DNA of 64,000 nt, from the NCBI GenBank assembly GCA_013265495.1, contig MU058687.1:3784001-3848000 (forward strand), written 5' to 3'. The position numbers were made by a program, and so were the translations under genes. This document shows positions 12,666 through 25,168 of the stretch, piece by piece. Origin of the DNA: Vicugna vicugna (taxonomy: Eukaryota). Under the pieces are notes generated by a model. The model was not told where the DNA came from and did no database searches. It was given only the letters and a program-made list of their open reading frames with translations. Every line of letters starts with the position of its first letter. Positions within the stretch are counted from its first letter, which is position 1.

Positions 12666-13223
12666 AATGGAAAGAACCTGGGGTCTCAAATCAGCAGAAC
12701 CAAGGTGAATTTTGCTTCTTCTATTTGGGTGATGGTCTCATCACCACCACTGTATGAACTTGCAGAGCCTTTGTTTCCTCTTCTCTAATATGGGACATCA
12801 TAACCTCACAGTTCTATCTGGGGTGAAGTCAAATGAAAGAATGGCAGAAAAACGCATTTTAAACATTAAAGCATCATTGTTGTCATCCTTATCTGCCTGT
12901 GAGGCCCTCTTCCTCAGCACATGCTCTCCCCTCCTGCTGAGATATAAACCCTGTAGAAACTATTTTTTGTGTGTGTGCTAAGAAAGGGTACAGCAACATT
13001 TATATAGCAGGTCACTATTTTTAGAGTGCTTTCAAATAATTTTACATAATTCTTACACCAGTTTTGTGAGATAGGATCATAAGGAAGTGAGGCCTAGAGT
13101 GTTAATGACTTGCCCAAGTTGCCATAGCAGGTTTGTGACAAAGCTGACATTTTTTTAAAAAATTGAAATATAGTTAATTTACAATGTTGTGTTAGTTTCA
13201 GGTGTATAGCAAAGTGATTCAGT

Positions 13224-13250
13224 TATATATATATATATATATATATATAT
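13224..13250. repeat. (TA)13 microsatellite
   Basis: Direct reading. Confidence 0.95.
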
Positions 13251-14111
13251 TCTTTTTCATATTCTTTTCCATTATGGTTTATTAGAGGATATTGAATATA
13301 GTTCCCTGTGTTATACAGTAGGACCTTGTTGTTTATCTATTTCATATACAGTAGTTTGTATCTGCTAATCCCAAACTCCTAATATATCCAGCCCCTCCTT
13401 CCCCTTTGGTAACCATATGTTTGTTTTCTATGTCTGTGACTCTGTTTCTGTTTTGTAAATAAGTTCATTTGTGTAATTTTTTTATATTCCACAAATAAGT
13501 GATAGCACATGGTATTTGTCTTTTTCTTTCTGACTTACTACAATTTGTATGATAATCTCTAGGTCTATCCATGTTGCTGCAAATGGCATTATTTCATTTT
13601 TATGGCTGAGTAGTATTCCACTGTGTAAATATACCACAACTTCTTTATCCAGTCATCTGTCAATGGACATTTAGGTTGTTCCATGTCTTGGCTTTTGTAA
13701 ATCGTGCTGCCATGAACACTGAGGTGCATGTATCTTTTCAAATTATAGTTTTCTCCAGATACATGCCCAGGACTGGGATTGTTGGATCATGCAGGAACTC
13801 TACCTTTAGTTTTTTAAGGAAACTCCATACTGTTTTCCATAGTGGCTGCACCAATTTACATTCCCACCAACAGTGTAGGAGGGTTCCCTTTTCTCTACAC
13901 CTTCTGTGGCATTTGTTATTTGTGGACTTTTTAATGATGGCCATTCTGACTGGTGTGAAGTGATACCTCATTGTAGTTTTGATTTGCATTTTTCTAATAA
14001 TTAGCAATGTTGAGCATCTTTTTTTTACCTGTTTTACTTTTCCCTATTGGCTATCTGTATGTTTTATTTGGAGAAATATCTGTTTAGCTCTTCTGCCCAT
14101 TTTTTCATTGA

Positions 14112-14112
<1 letters not shown>

Positions 14113-14156
<44 letters not shown>

Positions 14157-14157
14157 G
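14113..14157. repeat. (TTG)15 microsatellite
   Basis: Direct reading; gives the poly-Leu in ORF 14047..14268. Confidence 0.97.
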
Positions 14158-14374
14158 AATTGTATGAACTGTTTGCGCATTTTGGAAATTAAACCCTGTC
14201 AGTTACATCATTTGCAAACATTTCCTCCCAGTCCAGACATTGTATATTCATTTTGTTTACAAAGCTAAGTCTCAGATTCAGTCTCTTGATTTAAAACCCA
14301 GTGCTTCCCACTAGGTCACTCTGTTTAAAACCAGAGACAAAGGACAGACAGTCATCAGCATGAAATGTCTTCAA

Positions 14375-14715
14375 GCCAGCCCTTCTCCACGTTGGCTGCA
14401 CATTGCAATCATCTGGGGAGATTTAAAAAGAACTCACACCTATTATTATTCTCTGGGGTGGGACCCCAGCATCAGTACACTGTAAAGCTCTCCAGGAGGT
14501 TCAAATGAGCATCCGGCTTTAAACTCCTGGACGTTCTATTAGGCAGTGATGATTGACTCCAGCTGCACATTAGAATCATCATAGGAGCCTTAAATAAAAT
14601 ACTCGTGCTCCGCCCCATCCCAGATCACAGAGTTGGGATCTCTAGCGTTGGTGGTTTCTGTTAATTTTTAATTCCTCAGATGATTCCACTATGTAGCCAG
14701 GGTTGAGAACCACAG
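14375..14715. mobile_element. Two adjacent MER5B-type elements
   Basis: ggctgcacattgcaatcatctggggag and agctgcacattagaatc...atgtagccagggttgagaaccac. Confidence 0.75.
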
Positions 14716-15429
14716 CATGATGCCATCTTTTTGGCTTCAAGAAGGCTCACCGCCCATCATGGCAGATCCCCTCATCTCTCCTTCCAGCCTCATCACTGGG
14801 CAAAGAAGCACTTGTTAAAAATGTCAAGACATCTGTGTAGTTCACTGCTTGTCCAGCTTGTGGTTTTGCATTCTTTTCATTATTCACAACCAGAAGTAGC
14901 TGCTGGGCGAGGATTATCTTGGGACCCACACCCAATATCCCTACCTCTGGGCATTCTGGAGTCCAGTTAACCAATGTGAGCCAAGTATACTAATCAGCAC
15001 TCACCCCCAGCTACTGCGTTTAGGATTCTCTCCCATGGGAAAGTTTCTTAAATAGGTGGTGGAAACCAGAGGAAGAGATGCTGCCTTTATTAAAATTCTT
15101 TTGGGCCTATCCGCTGACTGACGGCACACACTCATTAATATAACCGAGCAGGCATCCTTCCTTCCTCCTGCACGTAAGACACAGACACAGAAGCCAGGCT
15201 GGCACCAGCCTTCAGGACAGCAGAAGCTGTTGTTCTGATGTGGCTTCTTCGACCTGAGACCTTTTGGGGCACTTGGAGAACCAAACCTTTTGAAATGGAG
15301 ACTGAGCCTGCCTTGCTTCGTTCAGAAATCCACTCTGCTGGATGGTGGTGCAGGGGCAGGGACCTGGTTGCTGTCCTGTCCACTGATTCCCTGCTAATTC
15401 AGCGGTCGCCAAAGTCCAGTCCCCTGGAC

Positions 15430-15580
15430 CCTTCGTAGGATGCTTATTACAAAAGCAGGGTCTCAGACCCCATCAGGTTCTCAGAATCTCCGGAGGGGGT
15501 TGGGGCTGGGAACTTGGGTCCTTAGCAAGGTCCCCAGGTGCTTCCTGTGCCGTCTGACCTTTGGCACGGTTTAGAAAGCC
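15430..15580. mobile_element. MER5A-type element
   Basis: tcagaatctc...ccttagcaaggtccccaggtg...ggtttagaa. Confidence 0.55.
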
Positions 15581-15677
15581 TGGCTCCACGCATGTTTAGG
15601 AATAAACAAGTGAGACCCAGGGCTGAAGAGCACTGGGTGGGAAGGGATTGGCTCAGAAAGGGCAAGAGAAAAGGGAA

Positions 15678-15800
15678 CGGGCAGTGTCTAGGGAATGTGA
15701 CACGTGGGGTGTGTGCGTGCGTGCATGCCTGTCGTGCGCTCGCCTGCGTGTGCGGATGCGCTAGTGCCTGCGGCCCATCCTTCTGGGGCCGCTGTCGCCT
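15678..15800. promoter_or_regulatory. Small CpG-rich patch with E-box (candidate regulatory element)
   Basis: About 13 CpGs in ~120 bp against a CpG-depleted background; CACGTG at 15701..15706. Confidence 0.35.
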
Positions 15801-17154
15801 TTGCTGCTTAGGTATTCATAGCCAATTGCTTTCATCGTTCCTCACTTTATTAGCTTTTGCCAAGCAGTTCAGCTTTTACTAAGGGCACCCGGGTTTATGG
15901 CAGCAGTATTTCTCACGGTGTCAGAGATAAAATATCAAGCTAATAACAGACTCCCTGCTAACGTAAATCGCACGAGGAAGGCAATCTCGTTCAAGAAGAA
16001 GTCCTACCAGAGAATGCGAAGTCTTAGGATTTTGAGAAAGCAGTGGGTGGGACTGGATACACTTTGCGCTTGCTAAGAAGGTAAAATAAATGATTTGTGG
16101 TAAGTGGTAGCAGCTGCAGAAAAGAGCATTTTCCTACACCTGCCTCTCCCTAAGGGACTAGGGGCTCCCGGGGGCTCAGGCAAAGGGCCAGAAGCATAAC
16201 TGTGGGGTTTAGAGAGCGACTTCTCTTTTCTGCTCCTCCTGCTCATTTTATTACCACTTCTCAGCCTCCATGGGTTCAGGAAACCAGTTGGTTTCCCCCA
16301 CGTGTTATAAAAAAGGAACCCATTACAGGATGATGGGGGACCTGGGAGGTCTCTTGGCAATCTCTGAGATTTCCCTTCCCTCTTCTCAGTTACAATTCAG
16401 GCACCTGCTGGGCAAACCTACTGCTGCCACTTGTTGCAGGGAATTTTAAGAAGAAGTGAGGGGCGGGTGCTGAGACTTGAAAAAACCATCAGGAGCAAGG
16501 ATGCTGCTTTTCTGTGCCATCAGATCCCTAGGGAGAGGCCCAGAGTGTCCTCTTATTCTGTAACTTGGCACGGTCAGAGGTGGGTTGTGTCACACGGAGG
16601 GAGCAGGGGGAGGTGTTTTCATATGGAAAGGGTATTAAAGGCTGGGACTCCATCCTTCGGCCGGTCTGGGAGCTTAAGGGGTGATGCTCAGGAGAGGGAA
16701 GGCTATCGGTGCCGGGTCAGTATTGAGGCTCCGAAACTGCTGATGGACATGGAGATCTGAAGCAGGGGCAGTGGGGAAAAGGAGCACCGTCTAATACATC
16801 ATTGCCCCAGGGCCCAGAAGGTCCCCGGGCCACTGGTTGGTCCCTGGCTGCAGCCTTGACCTCTGCTTTTGCCATCTTGGGATCACCAGACTCAGAAGCC
16901 CATCTGCCCAACACCAAACAATTGGACTAATTCTAGTATCCTTTTTATCTGCTCCTGAAGATGGATCCCACCTTCATGGCCTCCCTCCCTGCCAGGTCCC
17001 CTGCTTTCAGGCCTACCTCAAGAACTCACATGATAACTTGATTTCCACTGGGAAAAAATTGGAAGGAAATGTCAGACTCCATGTGAGTCAAAGTCAGCCT
17101 GAGAAATAATTTCACTCACCCTTTGGAACAGTTGCAGGGGACCTGTGGAATAGG

Positions 17155-17300
17155 GAGGGCAGGTATCACGGCCTCCATTTTCTAGGTGAGGAAATAGGCC
17201 CAGAGAGGTTAAGTAGCTTGGCCATGTTCACACAGAGAATTCACAGTATAGCTGGGATAAGAGGTCTTCTGACTTTTAAATCCGTGATCCATCCAACACC
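17155..17300 (-). mobile_element. MIR SINE
   Basis: ccattttctaggtgaggaaataggcccagagaggttaagtagcttggcc. Confidence 0.75.
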
Positions 17301-18334
17301 CCACCTAACCCAGGAGAACCTTGCATTATTACTGCACTGTTGCACATGCTCAGATAACTCTGCCCCAACCACCCAACCCAGCAAAGCCCCATGGCATTGG
17401 ACACGTGGCTGGGACATGGATAGCCCTGAAACTAAATGCCTGCCACCCAGTGGGCAGGGGCCAATGGGATCCTCCCTCTGTGACACCAGAGGGAAGGAGT
17501 GGGAGAGGGTGGCATGTAGGCAAGGGCTTGTTCACTAGATGTGAGAAGAGCAGTCCCATTTTTGTGTGCTGGGCAGGAGGGAGGACTTTGCTGACAGCCC
17601 GGGTGATGGATGGGGTGGGAGAGTGCATGGGGCATGAGCAGTACTGTGATAGAGGGTGCACATTACGGGCAATTACAATTTGAATAAATTATCAATGGAA
17701 AGAAGTAGAGGAGTAGAGAGCTGTTTTATTAACCCCCTGAAGTTACGTTCACAGCATTTTGAAAAAGTTTATGAATTGCTGTGAATTACGAGCGCAGTGA
17801 CAAATGTGGATGCCTAGAGAATCCCTGATTACAGCTTCTGTAGCAGGCAGTGCTTTATGGGGACGATTTAAAACAACAATCTTATGTATTTTAAAACATC
17901 AAAGGAAGAAGAAAAATAAAGCACTCAGGGAGCCTAGTGAATTCACCTGCCTGTGAGCAAACTCTGCTATAAATCCTACATATGATTTTTCAGTTTTATC
18001 TGTTTTCCTTTTGATACTGCACATTTCTCCGAGCTCACTGCCTGGGGCTAAGAAGTGTCCTATGTGTTGTCCTAAGGAGTGTTTTACCAAGTCACTCCCT
18101 GGATGTGAGTAGCGCTCCAGGTAGAGATAAGGCCACGTCTAACTGCTTTCTAAGCCGTTGCCATGATGAATCATGTGTTTTCTCTGCCACCAAACTGGAA
18201 CTGCTGAGGCCTCAGCCCCTGGGGCATGGGAGACAGCATTCAGCTTGGAATCTGGAGCCCCTGGTTGTGTGTGAGACCTGTCTCAGGCTGGCTATGGACT
18301 TAGTCCATCAGAAGCCCGTGATTTCCCCACTTTT

Positions 18335-18621
18335 CAACCAAGTAAAAATGTCAGACCTCCCTGGCTCCTAAGTTGGGGTGGCAGGAAGTGACAGAGAGAG
18401 ACATCAAAGAGGGTGGAGTAGTGCTGGGATGAGAGGTTGCTTCCACATGTTATTTATCTCATAAATCTATGGAGTGGGTGACAACCAAGTAGTCAGACCT
18501 CCCTGGCTCCTAAGTTGGGGTGGCAGGAAGTGACAGAGAGAGACATCAAAGAGGGTGGAGTAGTGCTGGGATGAGAGGTTGCTTCCACATGTTATTTATC
18601 TCATAAATCTATGGAGTGGGT
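18335..18621. repeat. Short tandem duplication (~140 bp)
   Basis: 18350..18479 is identical to 18492..18621. Both are preceded by caaccaagta (18335, 18482); the second copy lacks the 5 bp aaaat. Confidence 0.95.
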
Positions 18622-21600
18622 TTTATTCCCATTTTAGAGATGAGGAAACTGAAGTTCTGAGAGGTTGAGTAAATCATTCTAGGAAAAGTGCACTGGCAGT
18701 AATTGGAGCCTACGTGCGTTTGGCTCCAAAGTTCGTGTTTTCCACCACACTGGGTCCTCTGTGTTTACACTGGTACAGAACTAATTGTCAGCATCACCTG
18801 GGGCCAGCATCAGCACCACTTGGAAACAGGTTAGAAATGCTGCTTCTTGGCACATCCTAGATCTGTGCATTCAGAGGCTGCAGTTTAACAAGGTCCCCAG
18901 GTGATTTCTATGTGCGTTAAAAGTTGAGAAGCACGGGGCTGGTAGATGAGAACTGAGGTCGAAGCAAAGCTCTGGAAGGGGTTGTGTGATCAGTTTATGG
19001 TGAAGGAGGAATTTACGACCGTGTGCAAAGGGAAAAGAGTAAATGCTGGCGTGGTTCTGGAGTTTGCATTATCTGTGTGCTTGGGTAAAGGAGCACCCCC
19101 ACCTTGCCTCCCATAGTGGTCAGGAGAGGCGAGGGAATGGGAGAGAATAGGTTCTGGGTGAGGAATAAAGTGGAAACACTCACTCTCTGATTATTTGGAC
19201 AGTTGTGAATGAAACATGGGACTGGAGGCACAAAACCCTGTTTGAATCAGAATCCTGCGTGTATTGGCCAAGCTGTGTGTATTGGACAACCTTGTAGCTC
19301 CGTTTCCTCTTCTATCAAATGTGGAGGCAGTGCCTCCTTCCCTGGGTTGTGGTGAGAATTAATCAAGATGTAGAAATGCTCAGCACAGTGTCGACCTCCG
19401 TACATGTTCCATGAAGCCGACTGCCCATCTCACTAGGTGTGGCCTGGAAGTTTGCTCCGGGAACGTGAGAGAAAATAAAGTCATTTTCTCAGTCTTCACC
19501 CTTCCTGATGCTTCTTGCCAATGGGGAAGATGTTAGCTTAGAGTAGGGGCTGGCTCATTCTGTAGGGCGGTACTTCTCAAAGTGTGGTCCCCAGACCAAC
19601 AATGTCTGCATCACCTGAGAACCTGTTGGAAATGCAGAATCTCAGGCCCCTACCCTTCACCTGCCGAGTCAGAAACTCTGGGATGGGACCTGCCATTCTT
19701 TATTTGCACACATTCTCTGGGTGACTTGAGAACCACCACTTTTGGGACTTGGAGATCAGACACCTGAGAAGTGCCCAGTGGTGGTAGGATATTTGCATGT
19801 ACTTGACTCTGGAGCATGTCCTTTGCTGCAGACCCCAAGTGCTCCATTAGGCACTGAGGCCATGTTACAATTAAATGGTCCCTTACAGGCAGTCACTATG
19901 CAGAGGGCACACAGGCAGCCAATTCATTAACTGAGAGCAACTTCTTGCAAATTAAAAAAATGTTAATGATCAGTTTTGAAGCATTGAGAGCCTATCAGGG
20001 ACCACATGCCTGGAATGAGCATTTACCATATGGTGCCTTTGGAAGCTAATATTGATTCTCATTATTTTAAACGATTACAAACATTGCAGGTGTTTTGTAA
20101 TAATCTCCATTGTCTAATTAGAACATGCGTGAAACGAGCTCATTCTGCCCGCTAACGAATATTGATTTGAACAGCAGAGCCCTGTTGCAGCGGAAGGATT
20201 GGGGCTGTCTGGCCAAGTTGCCAGCCAGTGCCAGCCCCCCTTCTCCTGAAGTTATTAATCCTGGGGACACAGGGCACTTCGCAGGCAGGCATCCTTGGGG
20301 GCCCTGATCTGACTGGGGCCTGCTCCAGCTTTCAGTGTCTCCTCCCATCAGGCAATGTTTGGAATGAGCATTAGTACTTTTGTGGCCTTTTCTTCTTTTC
20401 TCATTCCCCACTTCTCGTCTTTCCTGTTCCCTACCTCTTGTTCATTTTAAAGCAACTCTGTGTCTAAATGCTTTAAGGGAAATCTGCTGGAAATGGGCAT
20501 TGCTTACTTTAGATTCGAGTTGCCCTATAGGCTTCAAGTTCCTTCATATCTTAATAGTATCTCTCCAGCAAAGTTGCTTCCACATGTTATTTATCTCATA
20601 AATCTATGGAGTGGGTGTTATTCCCATTTTAGAGATGAGGAAACTGAAGTTCTGAGAGGCTGAGTAAATCATTCTAGGAAAAGTACACTGGCAGTAATTG
20701 GAGCCTACGTGCGTTTGGCTCCAAAGTTCGTGTTTTCCACCACACTGGGTCCTCTGTGTTTACACTGGTACAGAACTAATTGTCAGCATCACCTGGGGCC
20801 AGCATCAGCACCACTTGGAAACAGGTTAGAAATGCTGCTTCTTGGCACATCCTAGATCTGTGCATTCAGAGGCTGCAGTTTAACAAGGTCCCCAGGTGAT
20901 TTCTATGTGCGTTAAAAGTTGAGAAGCACGGGGCTGGTAGATGAGAACTGAGGTCGAAGCAAAGCTCTGGAAGGGGTTGTGTGATCAGTTTATGGTGAAG
21001 GAGGAATTTACGACCGTGTGCAAAGGGAAAAGAGTAAATGCTGGCGTGGTTCTGGAGTTTGCATTATCTGTGTGCTTGGGTAAAGGAGCACCCCCACCTT
21101 GCCTCCCATAGTGGTCAGGAGAGGCGAGGGAATGGGAGAGAATAGGTTCTGGGTGAGGAATAAAGTGGAAACACTCACTCTCTGATTATTTGGACAGTTG
21201 TGAATGAAACATGGGACTGGAGGCACAAAACCCTGTTTGAATCAGAATCCTGCGTGTATTGGCCAAGCTGTGTGTATTGGACAACCTTGTAGCTCCGTTT
21301 CCTCTTCTATCAAATGTGGAGGCAGTGCCTCCTTCCCTGGGTTGTGGTGAGAATTAATCAAGATGTAGAAATGCTCAGCACAGTGTCGACCTCCGTACAT
21401 GTTCCATGAAGCCGACTGCCCATCTCACTAGGTGTGGCCTGGAAGTTTGCTCCGGGAACGTGAGAGAAAATAAAGTCATTTTCTCAGTCTTCACCCTTCC
21501 TGATGCTTCTTGCCAATGGGGAAGACGTTAGCTTAGAGTAGGGGCTGGCTCATTCTGTAGGGGTACTTCTCAAAGTGTGGTCCCCAGACCAACAATGTCT

Positions 21601-22564
21601 GCATCACCTGAGAACCTGTTGGAAATGCAGAATCTCAGGCCCCTACCCTTCACCTGCCGAGTCAGAAACTCTGGGATGGGACCTGCCATTCTTTATTTGC
21701 ACACATTCTCTGGGTGACTTGAGAACCACCACTTTTGGGACTTGGAGATCAGACACCTGAGAAGTGCCCAGTGGTGGTAGGATATTTGCATATACTTGAC
21801 TCTGGAGCATGTCCTTTGCTGCAGACCCCAAGTGCTCCATTAGGCACTGAGGCCATGTTACAATTAAATGGTCCCTTACAGGCAGTCACTATGCAGAGGG
21901 CACACAGGCAGCCAATTCATTAACTGAGAGCAACTTCTTGCAAATTAAAAAAATGTTAATGATCAGTTTTGAAGCATTGAGAGCCTATCAGGGACCACAT
22001 GCCTGGAATGAGCATTTACCATATGGTGCCTTTGGAAGCTAATATTGATTCTCATTATTTTAAACGATTACAAACATTGCAGGTGTTTTGTAATAATCTC
22101 CATTGTCTAATTAGAACATGCGTGAAACGAGCTCATTCTGCCCGCTAACGAATATTGATTTGAACAGCAGAGCCCTGTTGCAGCGGAAGGATTGGGGCTG
22201 TCTGGCCAAGTTGCCAGCCAGTGCCAGCCCCCCTTCTCCCGAAGTTATTAATCCTGGGGACACAGGGCACTTCGCAGGCAGGCATCCTTGGGGGCCCTGA
22301 TCTGACTGGGGCCTGCTCCAGCTTTCAGTGTCTCCTCCCATCAGGCAATGTTTGGAATGAGCATTAGTACTTTTGTGGCCTTTTCTTCTTTTCTCATTCC
22401 CCACTTCTCGTCTTTCCTGTTCCCTACCTCTTGTTCATTTTAAAGCAACTCTGTGTCTAAATGCTTTAAGGGAAATCTGCTGGAAATGGGCATTGCTTAC
22501 TTTAGATTCGAGTTGCCCTATAGGCTTCAAGTTCCTTCATATCTTAATAGTATCTCTCCAGCAA
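18578..22564. repeat. ~2 kb tandem segmental duplication (18578..20571 and 20573..22564)
   Basis: Offset 1995, then 1993 after a 2-bp indel. Duplicated ORFs in the track (19013/21008, 19582/21575, 20118/22111). Six substitutions seen by eye. Confidence 0.97.
18585..19740. mobile_element. MIR(-), MER5, MIR(+), MER5A cluster (duplicated at 20580..21735)
   Basis: cccattttagagatgaggaaactgaag; tttaacaaggtccccaggtgatt; gtttgaatc...tcagcacagtg; ttctcaaagtgtggtccccagacca. Confidence 0.75.
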
Positions 22565-23400
22565 GCCTGGAAGCTCCTGGAGACAAGGCTTATGCCCCAT
22601 CCTTAGTGTTTCCCTCAAGGCCTTGTGAGTACATTATAAACACCCCAGAAAGGAGGGCCATTGTTACTAGTGCTATTCCTAGTCACTGTTGAATGAAGGA
22701 GTAAAATCACTCTCAGGATGATGCTCGGTGCTCTGTGGGCGCTTCCTATGTGCAGGCATATGTTGACTTATTACTCTGACACAATTTACCGAGCACTAAT
22801 TACGGCACAAGGGAAAGAGCGTTACGAGACGTGGTCCCTGCAGACTGGAAGCTTGCAGTCTCCCTGGGGGGAGGGCAGTTAGAATGTGATGTGCTAGCTG
22901 CAGGATGGTTTTGAACAGGGGTCTCTGGGAGGCTTGGGAAAGAGCACCCTCCTCCCTGCAAAGCAGGCAAGTGGTGATGCCTGAGCCCAATGTTGAAGAG
23001 CAAACTAATTCAGTGGAGCACTCAGTGGGGGAAGAGTGCCCTACGAGGGTGTGTAGGAGTTGGGGCTCGGGGACAGCACGGTGGCCAGAGCACAGGGTGT
23101 GCGTGAGGGCGAGGAGCAGGGACTGTGGCATTTGGGGCCAGCAAAGGCTGGGTTATAGAGGACTTTGCCTACCATGCAGAGAAGCTAGGATTTTATTTGA
23201 AGGCTAAGGGTCTATATTAAATGAGCTAGATTTGAATTTCCTTTTAAAATTTTTTAAGATTTATATTTTCAGGAAAATTGCCCTGGTAACACTGTAAAGG
23301 TGAAAATTTGAGGCGGGGAAGTCAGTTACTAGCCTGTTTGAGAAGAGATGAGAGTCTGAGCCAAGGCAGAGGTAGAAGAAATAGAATGTAAACATATTTA
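22565..23400. mobile_element. L2 fragments
   Basis: gaagctcctggagacaagg...tgttgaatgaagg, followed by a purine-rich L2 minus-strand body. Confidence 0.5.
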
Positions 23401-24201
23401 GGGTGTGAAGGTTTACATTTAATGTGAGAACATTACTTGCTTTTCTTTCCTTAGTTATAAATACATTAAAATAGGAAAATCTGGGGAATAATATTATAAA
23501 CACCTGTGTTGTCCATTACCCAGAATGGACAGATATTTACATTTTTATCATATTTGCTTGAGATCTATTTTTCATTATAACAATTTAAAAATTACAGATA
23601 AAGTTTCTCTGCTTAGTTTCATCCACTACCCCACTGTCAGAGGCATCCATTGTTAAGAATTCTGTGTGTGTCCTTCTAGTCTAGGCTCTCTTGTGTTAGT
23701 CTCATACTTAAGTATTCATAAACACTACATAGTATTTATGGAAACAGTTACCATTGTTTCATGAGCATTGTTGATTTTTTTCGTTGATAGATGTAGCTCT
23801 AGTTCATCCATTTTGTCTGCTAAATAGTATTTCCTCATATGAATATGTATCCATTCTCATACTGGTGGACACTTAAAATGCTTACAGTTATTAAATTTTG
23901 CAAACATTTTAGCTAGTGTGAACATTTTGGACACCTCTCCTATGTATGTGTATGAGGGTCTTTCGAGGGAATATAACAGAAATGGGTGCTGGTCTTATGG
24001 AATACACATTTTCAAATTTAGCACATTTTGCCAAAGACTCTAACGTGATTGCACCAATTTAAACTCCCAACAACAGTGGACACTGTGTTTCCCCATGTCC
24101 TGGCCAACATTTGTTATTATGGGCCTTATAAAGGATGCCCCTCTGATGTGAGTGAATTTTCTTTGCATTTCTTTGATTACCAGAAGTATTCAGCAATTTT
24201 T

Positions 24202-24742
24202 TAAAATTGAAATATAGTCAGTTTACAATGTTGTATCAATTTCTGGCATAAGCCCTAAAATTTCAGCTTACGTACATATATTCCTTTTCATATTCTTTTT
24301 CATTATAGGTTACTACAAGATATTGAATATAGTTTCCTGTGCTATCCAGTAGAAACTTGCTGTTTTTCTACTTTATATATAGTAGTTAGTATCTGCAAAT
24401 CTTAAACTCCGAATTTATCCCTTCCCACTCCCTTCCCCTCAGTAACCATAAATTTGTTTTCTATGTTTATGAGTCTGTTTCTGTTTTGTAAATAAGTTCA
24501 TTTGTGTCATTTTTTTAGATTCCACAAATAAGTGATATCATATGATATTTTTCTTTCTCTATCTGGCTTACTTCACTTAAAATGATGATCTTTGGGTCCA
24601 TCCATGTTGCTGCAGATGGCATCATTTTATTCTTTTTTATGGCTGAGTAGTATTCCATTGTATAAATATGCCACAACTTCTTTATCCAGTTACTTGTTGA
24701 TGGACATTGAGGTTGTTGCCATGTCTTGGATATTGTAAATAG
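24202..24742 (-). mobile_element. Young 5'-truncated L1 3' UTR nested in the older L1
   Basis: aattgaaatatagtcagtttacaatgttgtatcaatttctgg; TSD tcagcaa(t/c)tttt at 24190 and 24743. Confidence 0.9.
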
Positions 24743-24849
24743 TCAGCAACTTTTCATATGTGTATTAGCCTAAAAGTTTCCTTTTCTGTGAGTTACTTGT
24801 TTATACCCTTTGTTTATTTTCTTTTGGGTTGTGGCTTTTTTTTCCTTCC

Positions 24850-25168
24850 TGTTTTACTGAAATATAATTGACACATAGCACTGTATAAATTTAAGGTATA
24901 TAGCAGAATGATTTGACCTACATACTTCATGAAATGATTATCACAATAAGTTTAATAAACATCCATCATCTCATATAAATTACAGATTAAAGAACTAGAA
25001 AAAAATTAAAGAAATAGAAAAAAATTATAACTGTTAAGATTTACTCCTTAACTTTTATATATGACATAGAGCAGTGTTAATGATATTTGTCATGTTGTAC
25101 ATTACATCCCTAGTACTTATTTATCTTATAACTGGAAGTTTGTACCTTTGACTGCCTTCATCCAATTT
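24850..25168 (-). mobile_element. L1 3' end of intermediate age (L1MA9-like)
   Basis: ttttactgaaatataattgaca...catgttgtacattacatccc...cttataactggaagtttgtacctttgac. Confidence 0.75.

Larger units (their letters stand above)
13149..14258 (-). mobile_element. Young 5'-truncated L1 (3' UTR plus ORF2 C-terminus), cetartiodactyl-type, inserted into a MIR
   Basis: Starts with a T-tract and ttgaaatatagttaatttacaatgttgtgttagtttcagg. ORF 13738..14007 encodes an L1 ORF2 C-terminal peptide ([24 protein letters not shown]). TSD acaaagct at 13138 and 14259; MIR sequence on both sides. Confidence 0.93.

Noticed and set aside
14047..14268. Poly-leucine signal-peptide-like ORF
   Set aside because: Artefact of (TTG)15 within antisense L1.
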